Part shown: one piece after another, positions 1-13,351 of the stretch
Numbering within the stretch: position 1 is the stretch's first letter
Layout: the number at the start of each line of letters is the position of its first letter
Assembly: GCA_002189035.1 (NCBI GenBank)
Contig: NEEC01000016.1
Coordinates: 2,418,001 to 2,482,000, forward strand
Source: Utricularia gibba
Lineage: Eukaryota > Plantae > Magnoliophyta
Direction of reading: 5' to 3'
Length of the DNA stretch: 64,000 nt
The notes under the pieces: generated by a model
Seen by the model: the letters and a program-made list of their open reading frames with translations, nothing else
Database searches by the model: none
Told to the model about the DNA's origin: nothing
Made by a program: the position numbers and the translations under genes

Positions 1-526
1 TACATGTTTTATTGATCATGTATAATATTTATTAGAAGTATAATCTTTTTATTTATTTTCTGTATAAATTTTAAATATTGACTCTACGAAACAAATTTAA
101 ACATGTGGTAACATTCAAAATAAATGGGAACTAAAACAATGTTGAATCAAAAATTCCATGTAAAATATCACATTCTTGTATAAATAGGAAATTTATCAAA
201 AACTTGATGCAAGTTAATGAATTTTTCTTATTGAAAATTCTACATACCCAAATTGTATGTAAACACGTAGTCATCATAATATTCAATTGTCAGGATAAAA
301 AACTAATGGAAATTTAAACATTTACACTCTTACACAAATTCGTGAAAGTCTTATTGAATAAAATTGTCTCTATAATTTCCTTAAAATATGTATACGATGC
401 GATCACTCAAACTTGTTGTTATTCGATATGTATGTGCGGACATATTTTAATTTATGATAATTTTTTGTAATTAAAATATATTATTATAGAGATATAGCGA
501 ATTTACGTATCATAATATATGCACAT

Positions 527-790
527 AGGCACTTAGTTGGCGCATCAATGCCAAGCACCGCAAGCGCATATTTGCAGTGCCTGGAAAGATAGGATGCATG
601 TCTCCGAAGGACAATCCAATGCAGTCAATACTTCACATTCTAAAAGTGGGAGGTCGGGCTGAGTGCCACACACATGCACTCAGTTGGCGCATTGATACCA
701 AGCATCGCATGTGCATGCTTGCGGTGCCTTGAAAGATTGGATGTATGATAGGCACCGCATCCGCATATTTGTGGTGCCTAGAAAGGGACG
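527..790. repeat. Tandem ~145-bp units with internal hairpins (CTGAGTGC-N9-GCACTCAG and AGGCACCGCA-N10-TGCGGTGCCT) inside H1
   Basis: Repeated blocks are directly visible; a homologous longer array is at 59815-60190. Confidence 0.85.
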
Positions 791-1003
791 AGGCCTGCTG
801 TTCTGCTTTCTATAGGTTACACCTCTCAATAAAGATCTTTGGTTACATAAATTGAAATCAGATATCAGCTACTCATAGCAAACATGTAAAGTGTAATATT
901 GTCACTGAAAGCAACATGATCGTCATGATACATGGACATCATAGGTGGATATGATCAAAACAACCAACGAAACAACAAGGGAAAAACGAAGGTGTAACCA
1001 ACA

Positions 1004-1943
1004 TCATAAACCTCTGACAATCTCATTCACCATAACTTCACGTTTCGCACTATTGCTGTCTAGAAAGAGCTGTAGCTTTATGGGGTTACTCAAGATGACT
1101 TCAGTTACTCCTAGACGCTGCATTGTAGTTAATTGCGATGGCATCCCTATGATGATGTTTGCAGCAGCATTTTGACATTCTCGTAGGTCATTGGTTTCAG
1201 TAGTAAGAATTTCTCCTAGTTGTGCGATGGCATCATTTGTTCGCTTACTCATTTCTTTCAACTCCTCCACCAAGATATCAAGTTTTGGACCTTGCCTCCT
1301 CTTTTTCTTCCTAGGTTCGTCACCATTGATCGGTATAGAGCAATTACCTATGCGGCCTCCAAGAGTCCCTCCAGATGAGGGATACTCTTCATATGTAGAG
1401 GATGCATCATGTGATCGCTGGTCACCATTTTTTTCCAGGTCAACCTCCACTTCAGGATACTCAAGAAGATGCATTGGTTAATCCAAACCAGCCATAGAGT
1501 CATCAGCCTGGTGTGTTGCATCAACAGCATCAGGGACACATTCTAAAAATTCTCCAGTGGCTCTATCTTTACTGAAGATGATGTACCAATCTGGAGAGTA
1601 AGGCTAGCGCTTAAACTGCAACAAATTGTACACCTTCTTATTGTGTTGTACATCTAATCCATAAGTTAGATAGGGTATTGTAATCTTTTTTCCAGTTATG
1701 AATCTTTGATTGCATATGGGGAGTGCCTCTGATATCTGAGCCGGCACACAATTTGAGGAACGCTTCCTCTAGTGCTTGAAGGTAATTACCTTTGAATCTA
1801 TTCTTTGCTTTCCACCCACCTTGAATAATATCCTTTAGAGTTTGGATTAGAAAGCGCTCTTCATCAAGTTTCCACTGTCTTTTGGTCTTAATGTTATCAC
1901 CACTTCTTCCTCGTTTTGTTGTAGGCATGTTTACTCCAACCAT
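1004..1943 (-). pseudogene. Harbinger Myb/SANT-like DNA-binding protein (H1), probably disrupted
   Basis: ORFs 1638-1994 (KRQWKLDEERFLIQTLKDIIQGGWK...GTPHMQSKIHNWKKDY) and 1004-1474 resemble the plant PIF/Harbinger Myb-like protein. A segment present in H2 (~61040-61200) is missing, and an LTR sits just upstream of the ATG. Confidence 0.75.
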
Positions 1944-1971
1944 TTCTGCAACCAACACGTAAGTGCACAAC

Positions 1972-3010
1972 TGACAAATGAAAAATTTATGCAATGTCGT
2001 TCAATGCAAATTTCTCCTATTAAATAAATTTATAACCTAATACACATTCAAGCATAAACAATTATGAGCATAGTGATTAGGGTCGAACATGAAGAGCAAA
2101 TGCTTGCTATGTGAAAGTTAATGCATGAAATCGGTGTCACGTTGGTAAATTGGTCTTAACTAAGACTAAGGTAGAACTACAACGAAATATAGTAAAGAAA
2201 AATAATAAGTTTTAGAGCTCGGTTCTTTCTGGAATGAAATGGGTGATGCCTTGGGACTCCTAGGGGATGTATACTTATCACTAAACAAACTCACATAAAC
2301 CACAAATCATACAATTAACTCATAAGGTATAGGTCTATCCGGACTCTTGTTTTTCTTCCTAATCTTTGGTCTACCTCTAATTAAGGTTGTTAAGCTAGGT
2401 TTCACTACTTCCCCCTCCTGAATCTATCCTGGTTTGTTAAGGAAGTGGCGTGATTTATGGTTGATTATGTCTAAGGATGGATTAGCATAATTCTCCCCTT
2501 TTCACCCCAAGGCATCCCCCCTAAGTGCTTAGTCACTCATGCTTAAGACAAACGAAAATAGAAGAAAAAACATCATCCACAATGTACTCATGTCTCAGTT
2601 GACTACCAGGAAATAAATAAGTAGGAAATTTAAAAGTTCAATAGAAAGCTGGAAATGTCGCTAGCTATTCTTAGTTAAGAGTAATAATCGTGGGAAAACA
2701 GAAAATAATCTTCAAGCATGAGCTTAGTTCCTGTTGGTCTTCATCCTTCTTCCTCCCCAAAAAACCTTCTCCAGATAGCTGTTCTTGAGTCTTCAATGGG
2801 GAGATCTGTCTTCTCTCTCATCTTCCCTCTCTTTTTGTCCAAAATCTCACTTTTTCACCTTTTTGGACTTTGTGTATACTTTTTTTCAGACTTCTGCCAC
2901 CTTCTCTACTACTACACTATTCATATTTGGCTCCTTGGGATTTATATTGCGACCTGTACTGCATTGCTCGAAGGAAACTGTTAATGGGTTGGGACTAAAT
3001 TTCAGACTAA
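1972..3010. mobile_element. LTR family A (Ty3/gypsy-like), truncated, inserted in H1
   Basis: Starts TGACAAATGAAAA and matches copies at 8360, 29114, 42595 and 63564. It is absent at the orthologous H2 site (~61512). The right end is lost. Confidence 0.8.
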
Positions 3011-4434
3011 AACATCGCACACACTAACACCCAGTCGCTCAATCTATGTGGTTAAGGTCATTCAAGGGGCAAATGAAATAAAAGCCTCAAATTCGAGAAA
3101 AATACCTTGTGCATCACCCAATACCTAATTTTTCAGTAGATCAAACTTGCTCCCAAAGTTACATGAGCCAAAAATCCATGATATTACATCGTAGATCGAG
3201 GGTTTCGAATTCCCCAATCTGTGAGTCTCACATTTCTATATATGAGTTTAAAACAATATAATAAAATATTATATTATAAATAAAAAGTATATTAGAAAAT
3301 TCATTTTTTCTAATATTGAGAAACCTATATATAAATCATTTTAACAAACATACAAAATTGATAATCCCAAATGATTGAACCCTATCTATCAAACACATAC
3401 TTCATTCTAAACCATTATTTATGGGATACAATAAACTGAAATAATCTAAACTCTTTTAATTTAACCCACATTACAAATATGGCATTATTAGTTTGATTCA
3501 ATTGCAGGTGACTGTTGATTTGGAGGTTACCGGTTGGTACTCTTCCTTCTTCTCTATTCAGGGCCTGTTAATGGAATTCGCTTGGGTTGATGGGCGACCC
3601 AACCTTCTTCCTTCTTTTATATACTACTCATAGCTTCCGGGCAAAAAGGAAAAACCTTGCAAACCAAGAAACCTCTTTGCAGGATCGCCATATGATTAAG
3701 CTTGCATTTTCCCATAAGTAGTCCAAGGAGCGAACGCAGGGTTGCATAATTTTAGGAAGTCTAATTGCTTCCTCTCAGGAGGAATTCAGGGAGTCGGAAT
3801 CAGTCTTGCCGAAGCTCGTCGAGGAATTCAAGCGCAAGCGCCGGCGCGGGGTTCGTCGGCGCAATTTCGATGTTGTGGCGGGTTGCAAGGGGCACGTGAT
3901 ATGGGCGTGCTCAAAAGCGATGCTTATCGGGCTTCATAATTGGGCCTCTTTAGGATTTAATCGCAGAAGCCTTGTCTCGCTTCTCCCCTTCCCAGCCCCC
4001 GGAATTCGTTACCTTTTCCTCGGAGCCGAAGCAGCCACTTTGTATTTGGATTTCACAATCGCGGAGCAACAGGACATCTTAATCCACATCCAATTGTTGA
4101 GGTGATCGATTCATTGGAATATTGGATGAAATTTATGCTCTTTCTCAAATTCTGAAGGGTGCTGCTGCATTCGAGTAACATGTGTAGTTCCTGAAGGACT
4201 TTAACCAGAAAACTGTTATTCGAAGAAGAATCTTGCCTCAGTTTAGGATCCTGTTGGATTTTCTGTATGAAGTTTGTGTTGTAGTAGGATTTTTGTTAGC
4301 AGTTTCTTGTTGTGCGATTTTCATAAATTTCTGATGTTCGTATGTGAGGTCAGCTTTGCTGGTAACTTCTTAAAAGAGTATGCTTGAATTTTGGAGATAA
4401 ATTGAGCTGATAAATGGTGTTACCTGGGTAAAGA

Positions 4435-5474
4435 ATGAGTAGCACGGCAGCTGCACCTCCTTCAAAAGCGAGGCCACATTCATCACAACCTCAAGAAACC
4501 TCTTCCAAGCGTAAGCGCGGCATGTTCCAGAAGGAATGTGAGTTTTCCGTCTTTTTTCAACTGTCCTTCGTCACAGCCATGTTTTAAATAACATATTTGT
4601 TTCTTTTTTCTAATCTGGACACAGTGCAGCATATGATGTATGGCTTTGGAGATGATCAAAATGTAATGCCCTCCTTTTTCTTGTTTCATCGCTCGTTTTC
4701 GTTGACAGTTTGCCAGCTGCAACTTTCACATAACATCCAGAGTACATTGAATTACTCTTGTTAGTTTCTTCTTAATCAGGAACTATATATATTTTTTATT
4801 TTTTAACGGTAAGAACTAGAATTACGAGCATTAATAGGAAGAATCGCAAGGTGGAGCTGTTGAATATCTTTTCTTTTACGTGCATTTGGCTAACACTATC
4901 CAACACTAATCTCCTTTGATGATGTGAAACGATCGCACCGCAGCCACTTCCAGAGACTGTGGCACTAGTTGAGGATATTGTTGTGGAGTATGTGACAGAT
5001 ATGGTGTGTCGCATTCTTCTTCTTCTTCTTTTTTTTTTTATCGAGCCTCTGTTGTTCCTTTTTTCCATTTCTTTTCATAAAAATGTTTCTTATGATCTGC
5101 CAAAACTCGGCCATGGTTGTGGCTTTCTGTAGGTTCATAAAGCTCAAGATATTGCATCAAAGCGTGGGAAGCTCTTGACTGAGGATTTTCTGTTTTTAAT
5201 CCGGAAGGTACACTGTATTTTTTGATCATGGTCTTCTCTTATTGCGTAAGCGAGTCCTCCTCACTCTGTAGTGCATTGCCATATTCGATAGTGAGGCTAC
5301 CATGAGACACGAGCCTTTAATGTGAAGCTTCTATCCTGTATCCAATAATTTTTCCATATACAGGATCTGCCAAAACTCAATCGCTGCAGCGAACTTCTAT
5401 CCATGAATGAGGAGCTAAAGCAAGCCAGGAAAGCTTTCGAGGTTGATGAGGAGAAACTCGCACTGGGTGACTAA
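4435..5474 (+). CDS. TAF13: Transcription initiation factor TFIID subunit 13, 5 coding exons
   Basis: Spliced translation MSSTAAAPPSK...KRKRGMFQKELQHMMYGFGDDQNPLPETVALVEDIVVEYVTDMVHKAQDIASKRGKLLTEDFLFLIRKDLPKLNRCSELLSMNEELKQARKAFEVDEEKLALGD*. GT-AG introns and phases are consistent. Confidence 0.95.
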
Positions 5475-6609
5475 GTATTTTGCTGCTACGCCTCAACTCT
5501 CCAACTTTTCGCTTTCCCTTCCACCCCCTCCTACTGTCCAATGATTTCTCTATTATTGACAATTTCAGGTGCTGGAAGAAAATGCAGGTATGTGCTTCAT
5601 GAGTTTCTTGAAAAAGGGCACATACCTTCCTGTCTTGTATAACGAAGGGAAAAGAACTTGCTAGTTACCTATGGTCCCTTATTTAAGACCATGATGGTCC
5701 CTGGAAGATCCAGTTTTGTGTGTATGTCATCCCTTCCAGATGGAATGGAAGTCGAATATTTGAGAAAAAGATAGAATAATCATTTCTATCTATTTCATAT
5801 GTGTTGACTTCAAGAATCATTTGACTTCAAGAATTACCAAGAATAATATCAGATTGTGTGTCAATATGATAGGACTCAGAATGTATCATCACCATTGATC
5901 TTTTAGAATTCTCCAAGCTTTCTTAATGACATTTATTTCTGATGAATGTCTCATTCGCTCAAATGATAATGTATATTTCTGTATGGGATTAGAAAGTTAT
6001 CCGAATTTGTATATCCCTTATCTAGTAAATAATATTGTCCGGCAAGAATATAGAAAAATCAAGGCATGAAAAATACATAATATTAACCAATATATTTTCT
6101 GTGAAATTGGGAACACACAGTTTTATGATTTCCCTTGTAATATCTTTCAAAACCCAAATATATTATGCGGACTCTTCATAAAAAAACTCATAGGGATACG
6201 AAATTCATGCTTTGATCACACATCTTGAGAATATTAAAAGAAACTTGTCCTTTTTTATTATGATGCCATTGCTCTATCAATGGTTGATATCCTTGCAGAA
6301 AAATAGGATCCAACTAATGCTCCTAGGTGGTTCTACCGTTATAGTGGAAGGAATATCATATAAGGAAAAAAAGAAAAAAAAACTTCATCTGATTTAAATA
6401 ATATTATCTCATACCTCAAGATATTTGAATTTATTTAATATGTTTGTAGCTATCAGTGAAACAAATTTGAGAAGCAATTTCTCATGCAAACTAGCACTTT
6501 TCAAAGAACTTTTTGAAAGTAATAATTGATCATTCATGTAGATCTTTTAAATGTTAGCTTTTGTTATGTAGCCTTCTAGTTGTGAGTGATAATGCATCAG
6601 AATCGATAG

Positions 6610-6780
6610 TATTTTTGGTATTTTCAGTGTGAGGATAAGAAATTAGATGAGTTAGAATAGTTAAAAATATCAAAATTAGTGTTATTGAATATATTTTGAG
6701 TAAAAACTCATTCTGAGCCTATATTGCTTTAATTTGTGGGTTAGAGAGACTTTACTATTCATCCAAACCAAGGAACAACA
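6610..6780. repeat. ~170-bp dispersed direct repeat, copy 1 (probable non-autonomous TE fragment)
   Basis: Shares TATTTTCAGTGT...AAATTAGATGAGTTAGAATA...CAAAATTAGTGTTA...TTTACTATTCATCCAAACC with 7690-7860. Confidence 0.65.
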
Positions 6781-6879
6781 AATCCATTTTGAATGCTAAA
6801 TGTTTATGTCTTCATCAACCCACCATGCTTTCTTCATCATTTCCTTTATTGTCTTTATATGCAAATCAGAATAGTAGCT

Positions 6880-7150
6880 TAAGGGTATTTTTGACTTTTC
6901 CAACATGGTCAATATTTGGATTAAGTAAAAGTAACCGAGACATGCAGAAGCGAGGAATCGGTTAGATCGTCCTCCTCTATAAGTAGGAGAAGTTCTAAAG
7001 AAAAGGGGGGTTGGACCCTAAGAACTCCTCAACTTGTATCACTTTCTTCATCACCACCGTCTAGTAAAAGTCTTCTCTGACGAGCTCCGACAGCTCCGTG
7101 GTTTTTCCGCCTTGCGGTGGTTTCCACGTAAAAAATCTCTGCCTACAATC
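6880..7150 (+). mobile_element. Copia-like LTR fragment (family C)
   Basis: TATA-like CTATAAGTA followed by CTCTGACGAGCTCCGACAGCTCCGTGGTTTTT...TTTCCACGTAAAAA, shared with 14830-14890. The motif is typical of plant copia LTR R/U5 regions. Confidence 0.5.
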
Positions 7151-7254
7151 GTTTCACCTGGTCGAGCCGAACAGTCCACAAAAAGGAACGATTCCTCCAA
7201 TGCCACCCGCAACCCAAAAATCGGCCAGTCCAGTATACCGACTTTCACCCTTAA

Positions 7255-7482
7255 CAAACCCATAGATATGGGTTTATATAAACCCACCTATGGGGTGGGT
7301 TTAAGTATACCCATGTTAATTATACAACACCTTTTTCCTAAACTAATATACCAAACACATGTAATGATAAATTGAAATAATATTAACATACGAACTAAGT
7401 AGGTTTCTACATAAAACCCATAAATATGGGTTTAAAGATACCTAAATAATTTATATAACCAACTCCTCAACCAAACGGGGCC
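7255..7482. mobile_element. PIF/Tourist-like terminal fragment
   Basis: Ends in CAACCAAACGGGGCC followed by TAA. The reverse complement resembles the H3 TIR GGGCACGTTTGGTT. AAACCC/GGGTTT-rich subterminal region; the other end was not found. Confidence 0.55.
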
Positions 7483-7689
7483 TAACGGAGTTGTCTTGAG
7501 ACTTGCAACAGCATTAACGTTACTTTCGTTTGTAGATGAATTTTGATTTACTTGCCAAACTATCACGTTGGATACTCGGATGCACTGATAACTCAGCCAA
7601 AGTCAGTCGTTTAGTTTAGGTTGTTGGTAAGACTCAGTGACAAGTCTATTGTTGTTATAAGATAGTGTGATATTGTGTTAAAATTGATT

Positions 7690-7860
7690 ATATTTGTGAT
7701 ATTTTCAGTGTTAGATTGACAAATTAGATGAGTTAGAATATGGAAAATGGTCAAAATTAGTGTTAGTAACTTTATTTTCTATAAAAACAAGTTTTGAACC
7801 CATTTTGCTTTGATTTGTCGGTTGGGGTGAATTTACTATTCATCCAAACCTAGGAACGGC
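7690..7860. repeat. ~170-bp dispersed direct repeat, copy 2
   Basis: See 6610-6780. Confidence 0.65.
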
Positions 7861-8359
7861 CATCCCATCTAGGTTAGACTACATGTTCTGACCATGTTAT
7901 ACATTAATTATTACTTTAGGCGCAAGATGAGAAAAACACATCTGCATGTGCAATGAGATAAGAGAAGTCAGTGGGAAAGAATGAACGAAGCTCCCTACGG
8001 CATACAATAGCGGCAGGCTCTATTGAGTGGAGAGAGAAGAGAGATTTATGATGGTGGAAGTTACTTTCCAATGAGTTTGGGCAAGTTTTCAAGGAACAAG
8101 ATGAAGGAGAAATAGTTTTAGCCTCGACTCTGGAACTAACCTGAAATGCTCAGAATCCAACAAAGACATAGACTTTCCATAATGAAGCTTGAGGACCATC
8201 ATGCTTAAGAAGAAAAAGCACACTTGAGAACTAAAATGGATTAGCACAAGAACTTTTTATTTTATGTACAAACTTTATTTTTACATTTTTATTCGCAAAC
8301 TTTCTAGCATTTACACTTCTGTTTCTAAATGATTAACTTGTTTAAATGTTTTCATCAAT

Positions 8360-9520
8360 TGATAAACGAAAAATTATGCAATGTCATTAAATACAAATTT
8401 TCCTGTCAAATAAATTTATAACCTAATACACATTATAGCATAAAAAATTATGAGCATAGTGATTAGGGTCAAACACGAAGAGCTAGTGCTTGCTATGTGA
8501 AAGTTGATGCATGAAACTAGTGTCACGTTGGTAAAATTGGTCTTAGCAAGGAATAAGACAGAACTACGATGGAATGCAGTAAGAAAAAGCAACATGTTTT
8601 GGGATTCGGTAGTTTCTAGAATGAAATAGGTGATGCCTTGAAACTCCTAGAGAATGTATGCCTATCACTAAACAAGCTCACATAAATCATAAATCATGCA
8701 ACTAACTCACAAGATCTAGGTCTACCCGGATTCTTATTTTTTCCCTTAATCTTTGGTTTACCTCTAATCAGGGTTGTTAAGTTGGGTTTCATTACTTCCC
8801 CCTCCTGGATCTATCCTGGTTTGTTAAGGAAGTGATGTTACTTATGGTTTATTAGGTCTAAGGATTAATTAGCATATTTCTCCCGTTTTCACCCCAAGGC
8901 ACCCTCTCTATTTGCTTAGCCACTCATGTCAAAGGAAAGTAAAACGTTTTCATAGCATATCCTAAGCAGCATCCTGGTTACAAATGCTAAAACAACAACG
9001 AGCAATATATAGTAGTAGTAGGAAAGACAATTTGTTCACACAGGAAATCCAAATCTAGTCTTAGCTAGAAACAGTAAGCATCAAGAACCAAAATAAATCT
9101 TCAAAGAGAAGTTGCTTTCTTTTGGTTCATCTCTCCCTTTTCGCTTCTATCCCAAAAAAATTCTTCAAAAACTTGTTCGTGAGTCTTCAATGAGAGATCT
9201 GCCTTCTCGCTCCATTTTTTTCTCTTTTTGTCCAAAATCTCCCTTTTTTTCCTCCTTGGATTTTGTGTGTACCACTTTTCAAACTTTTGGACTCATCTTC
9301 TGCCACTACACTGTGCATATTCGGCTCCTTGAGATTTATATTGCGACCTGCATTGCATTACTCGAATAAAAATATTAGAAGGTTGAGACTACATTAAGAC
9401 TAAAATAACACTATTACAGTGCTTATGCACAAAAATATAAAACTAGGCAGTAAACTAAATTTTTGTAGCACAATATGAACCTTTTTCATGCAATCAATCA
9501 CTGAAAAATATGTTTTATCA
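8360..9520. mobile_element. Solo LTR, family A
   Basis: Termini TGATAAA...TTTATCA; perfect 5-bp TSD TCAAT (8355-8359 and 9521-9525); no internal domain. Confidence 0.92.
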
Positions 9521-9929
9521 TCAATTCACGATACTTTCTTCATTGTTTTCTTTATTTTTTTCATATGTGAATCAAAATAGCAACTTGAGGATTCTTAGAC
9601 TTTTCTAACATGCTTAACTTTTAGATTAACTAAAATGTTTGCTTTTAATTTCCGAAAATGCTACTTTACACATTTTGTTCTTTGCTTTTTAGTTTAGAAG
9701 CCAACTAAAGAATATTCTTGATTTTGTTAGAGTAGAAACCCACTTCTAAACAAAACTCTTGTTGTATCCCACTTACGGATATGACTAATAATAAAAAATT
9801 ATTTGCTCTCTATGGATCAACTTAAACTTACTGATATTAAATTAATTTTTTTGTGAACAACATGTAGAATATTTGTCCAGTTTAAAAATATCTTTTAATG
9901 GAAAAAAACTATAAGTCAGTGATACCTTT

Positions 9930-10510
9930 AGAATTTTCTATCCATCAATACAGCACATCTATCGAAGCCACATATCTCCACAGCTCGAGACCACTTCTCT
10001 TCCAGCCTATTGAGTAGCCCACTACAAATTATGGACTTAATATGCTTATAACACATCAGCACTACAAATGATTCTTCATCTGCTCCTGATTTCTTATCCA
10101 GATTCATGCTCCAACAGCTAGGAGGTTGGTTAAGAGTCTCCTTGCCTAAAACATCAATGTTCTCATTGATCACCAATTTCCAATTAAAGATTACATCAGT
10201 CTTCATTGCAATGGAGACTTCTAATGGGTCTAATGCGAACCAATGTGTCTAGGATTAAGTGTGCTTGGTTTCTTAATTCGAGATACTCCTTACATAGGAG
10301 TCACTTTCATGTATGCAAAGTCACCCACTTTGAATTAAAAGGGTCTTCTGCGTACACTTGCTCAGCTTCACATTCTGTCTTGGGCTATTTTGAATTGCCT
10401 CTACACCAATCCTCACAAGTTCTAAGTTGGTCACTTGTTTTTCACCAATTCCATCCCAATATGACGGTGATATGCACCTTGTTCCAATACAACACCTCAT
10501 AAGGTGCCAT
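9930..10510 (-). pseudogene. Degenerate Ty3/gypsy integrase C-terminal remnant
   Basis: Minus-strand fragments such as RCISPSYWDGIGEKQVTNLELVRIGVEAI resemble gypsy integrase C-termini; many stops and frameshifts. Confidence 0.5.
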
Positions 10511-11906
10511 TTTCGAGTAGTATGATAGCTATTATTATACCCGTTTTTATTAAAATACCTGTGTCATAATTTTTTTTATTAAAATACCTATTAATTTTTT
10601 TATCATTATTAAAATACCTATGATTGTTTATAATAATTTTAAAATACTTGTATTTTTTAATTTTTTACATAAATTATTATTATTATTATTATTATTAAAA
10701 TAACTGAAGTTTTTTAATTTGAATTATTTATTAATAAATATAGTTTTATTTCAAATATGAATATATTTAAATGTCATAAATTTATACATTGACTTGCATA
10801 TCATAAGCAATGATTTTATGATTTTTATATCATTGGGTGATTAGATATTCAGAAAAAGAAAATAATGATATATCATTGGATCAATGCTACATCATGCAAA
10901 AGCTTACCCTTGTATGGCTATGTAAAGACTAATGATTGACTCACTTGCATGAATTATATAGTTAATATTCTAGTATTACTATTGGATAACTATTATAATA
11001 TCATATATTGTTTACTAAGTTATACAATCAAACATACTAATGGAGATATTTCGCCTTCCATGATAATACATCTTTTTCTCATAATTAATTCCAATTTTTA
11101 TGCCTCATAATTTTGCAAGTAGATTCAATTGAATTTGACTTGATAACAATGTTCGATTAAACCTTTCTCAAAAAAGGATGCATGAGGCACATTCAAGATT
11201 TCTTAAGATTTTCTTGGGTTTTGTAATGCTGAAAAATACATTGATAAAAAAGATATTATAAAAAGAATAAAAATATATTAAAATATTGATATGCATGTGC
11301 ACTTCAAGTAAAATTTCATCGTTGATTTTTAATTACAAATGCCTACATAAGTATACTGGACTTCTTAAATGATATGCATCACCTTTGCCTCCCCTCATTC
11401 CCTCACACTAGAGGTAGGTTCGGTTTTCCGAACCGTACGGTTTCAGTTTGGAATCGAACGGTTCCAGCGAACCGTTGGTTCAAAAACTGCAGTTCACCGT
11501 GGGCAACGATTCCGGTTTCGGTTCAGAATTGTATCCCGAAAGCTTGACCAAATAGAAACAAGAACCGTACGGACAGTTTCGGTTCAAAACCGGAACCGAG
11601 ATTTGCGAACCGAGAACCGATTGATTACTATTTGTAGATGTTTTCCAGTCACCCATACGAATTATTGTGGGTGTTTGGCAATTAAATTCATAATAGTTAT
11701 TAATTTTTTATATTTTGATATTATCAAATAATATATTTAAAAATATAAATTTTTGTATTTAATTAGATAAATTATGTAATATACTATGTTACTTAATAAA
11801 AACCTTAATTTAAATTACTTGATAAAATACCCCAATACAGTATAATTAAATTTAATATAATTTGTGATTTAAATAAATGAAATAAATGATTAAATTATTA
11901 GAATTT

Positions 11907-13089
11907 TGATGGTAATCCTGCAAGTGCACAGAAACTATCGAAGTAATAAAATAAGATCGTATCCACAGGGAATTGTTATTGGAATTTTCTTTTCAAAACA
12001 AAGAGTTAAAAAGACTAAAAACAAAAGAAAGATTGGGTTTTGAAGACAATGAGAAAAGTGGCTTCGGATCTAAGATCCACCTTACTTGAAACTCGCCCTT
12101 GCGTGTGTGCAAACCTTGAGAACTGACCTGTTTGTGCAAGCTTTGGGAGTGTTATGCTAAAATAGTGTTACTTGGTGACCGGTATAGCACTGTCGCTTGT
12201 TTTGTGGGATTATGGAATCAACCATGCCACCAGAGCCATTTCTCCTCTTATGATAACCCATGTTTTCCCCACACCCAAATCTAACCCCTACACCTCTCAC
12301 CTCGTAGACAGATTAGACAGAATGTGACTTACCAATGATGCCTAATTGAGCCCTTCTCCTTAAGTGCTTGAGGCCAACCTTTGATTCTCCCACACTCCCT
12401 TAGGGCTATATGATACTAAAGATCACGTTGGTAAAGAAAACGTTGTGAAAAACAGAATCAGACCTCAAATTAAATGCTGAAAAACATGGTAAGACAGTCA
12501 CACGCACATAACTTGCGCAAGCAAGGCTTCACAGCAGATCCTCAGCCGCAAGCGCTCACACGCGCATGCTTGACTCTAAACAACAAAAATTGATGAAAAA
12601 TGAAAGTCAAAACATGCTAGACTCGACTCTAAACCCTAATTTGACTCTCCGGTCGTCCACCACTTGACTCCCCCTTAGGTCTTCACGTTTAGATCTCTAT
12701 ATAATGGTGGCGATTTTTCGGGCTTTCTTGATGAGCTCGCATCAAATCTTCTATCCGAATCTTCTAAGATTTGATACAAATCTTCTAGGATGAGATCCAA
12801 TTTCTCCAAGATAAGATGCGAATTTTATCTTATCCGAGAATCTTTGACCGAGTCTTCATTCAAATAGACCAAATCTTTGCCTCCATCAAAGTAGCTCGAA
12901 AATCCCCCAAGTTATTCCAAATTCGTCCTGAAAAATCACAAAACACACTTTACCTCTAAAAAGATCAAAGTGGTATGAAAGATATAAAATTCTTCTAAAA
13001 ACATAAGGAAAGTGGGATAAAAAGAATGCAAAACTCATTTAAGAGAGTTCTAAAAAGCACAAATATAAGTGACACAAAATCACTTATCA
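11907..13089 (-). mobile_element. Solo LTR of the Athila family (family B), reverse orientation, nested in the hAT
   Basis: Reverse complement of the LTRs at 29313-30500 and 37813-38990 (TGATAAGTG...CTTGCAG(G/A)AT(T/C)ACCATCA). TSD not recognisable. Confidence 0.88.
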
Positions 13090-13351
13090 TTTAACTACTT
13101 CAATTTTGAGGCACCCACAAGAAATTGTATTATCTAGGCAACCATGCCCAAAATTTGGGAATTGCGTAATTTTGAAAGTATTCTTAATTTTCAGAAATTT
13201 AAAAATTTTATTCGTGCATTAATTGGAATATAAAAAATTGAAATTAAAATTATTTAATATATCCTAAGTACTACAAAAAAAATCACTTGTTAAGTAAGCA
13301 TTGAAATAAAATTTCAATAAATAAAAAATATTCATCTGTCATTTAGACCAT

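Larger units (their letters stand above)
1..3484. mobile_element. PIF/Harbinger DNA transposon H1, right part only (left end outside window)
   Basis: 1-~1970 and ~3010-3484 align by eye with 59262-62094 (H2). It ends in ...TTACAAATATGGCA followed by TTA, matching the H2 terminus TAACAAACATGGCC|TTA. Carries a Myb/SANT-like ORF on the minus strand. Confidence 0.8.

Noticed and set aside
527-790. CRISPR-like reading of the palindromic tandem repeats (also 59815-60190)
   Set aside because: Eukaryotic context, no unique spacers between constant repeats, no cas genes; the arrays lie inside Harbinger elements.
3742-4105. GC-rich ORFs upstream of TAF13
   Set aside because: Non-ATG starts and no recognisable homology; the region has a G-box and site-II motif and looks like promoter/5'UTR.
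11369-11731. 120-aa ORF
   Set aside because: Translation of hAT subterminal AACCG/CGGTT repeats.
11902-13094. TSD for the family-B solo LTR
   Set aside because: Flanks AATTT and TTTAA do not match, so no TSD is claimed.
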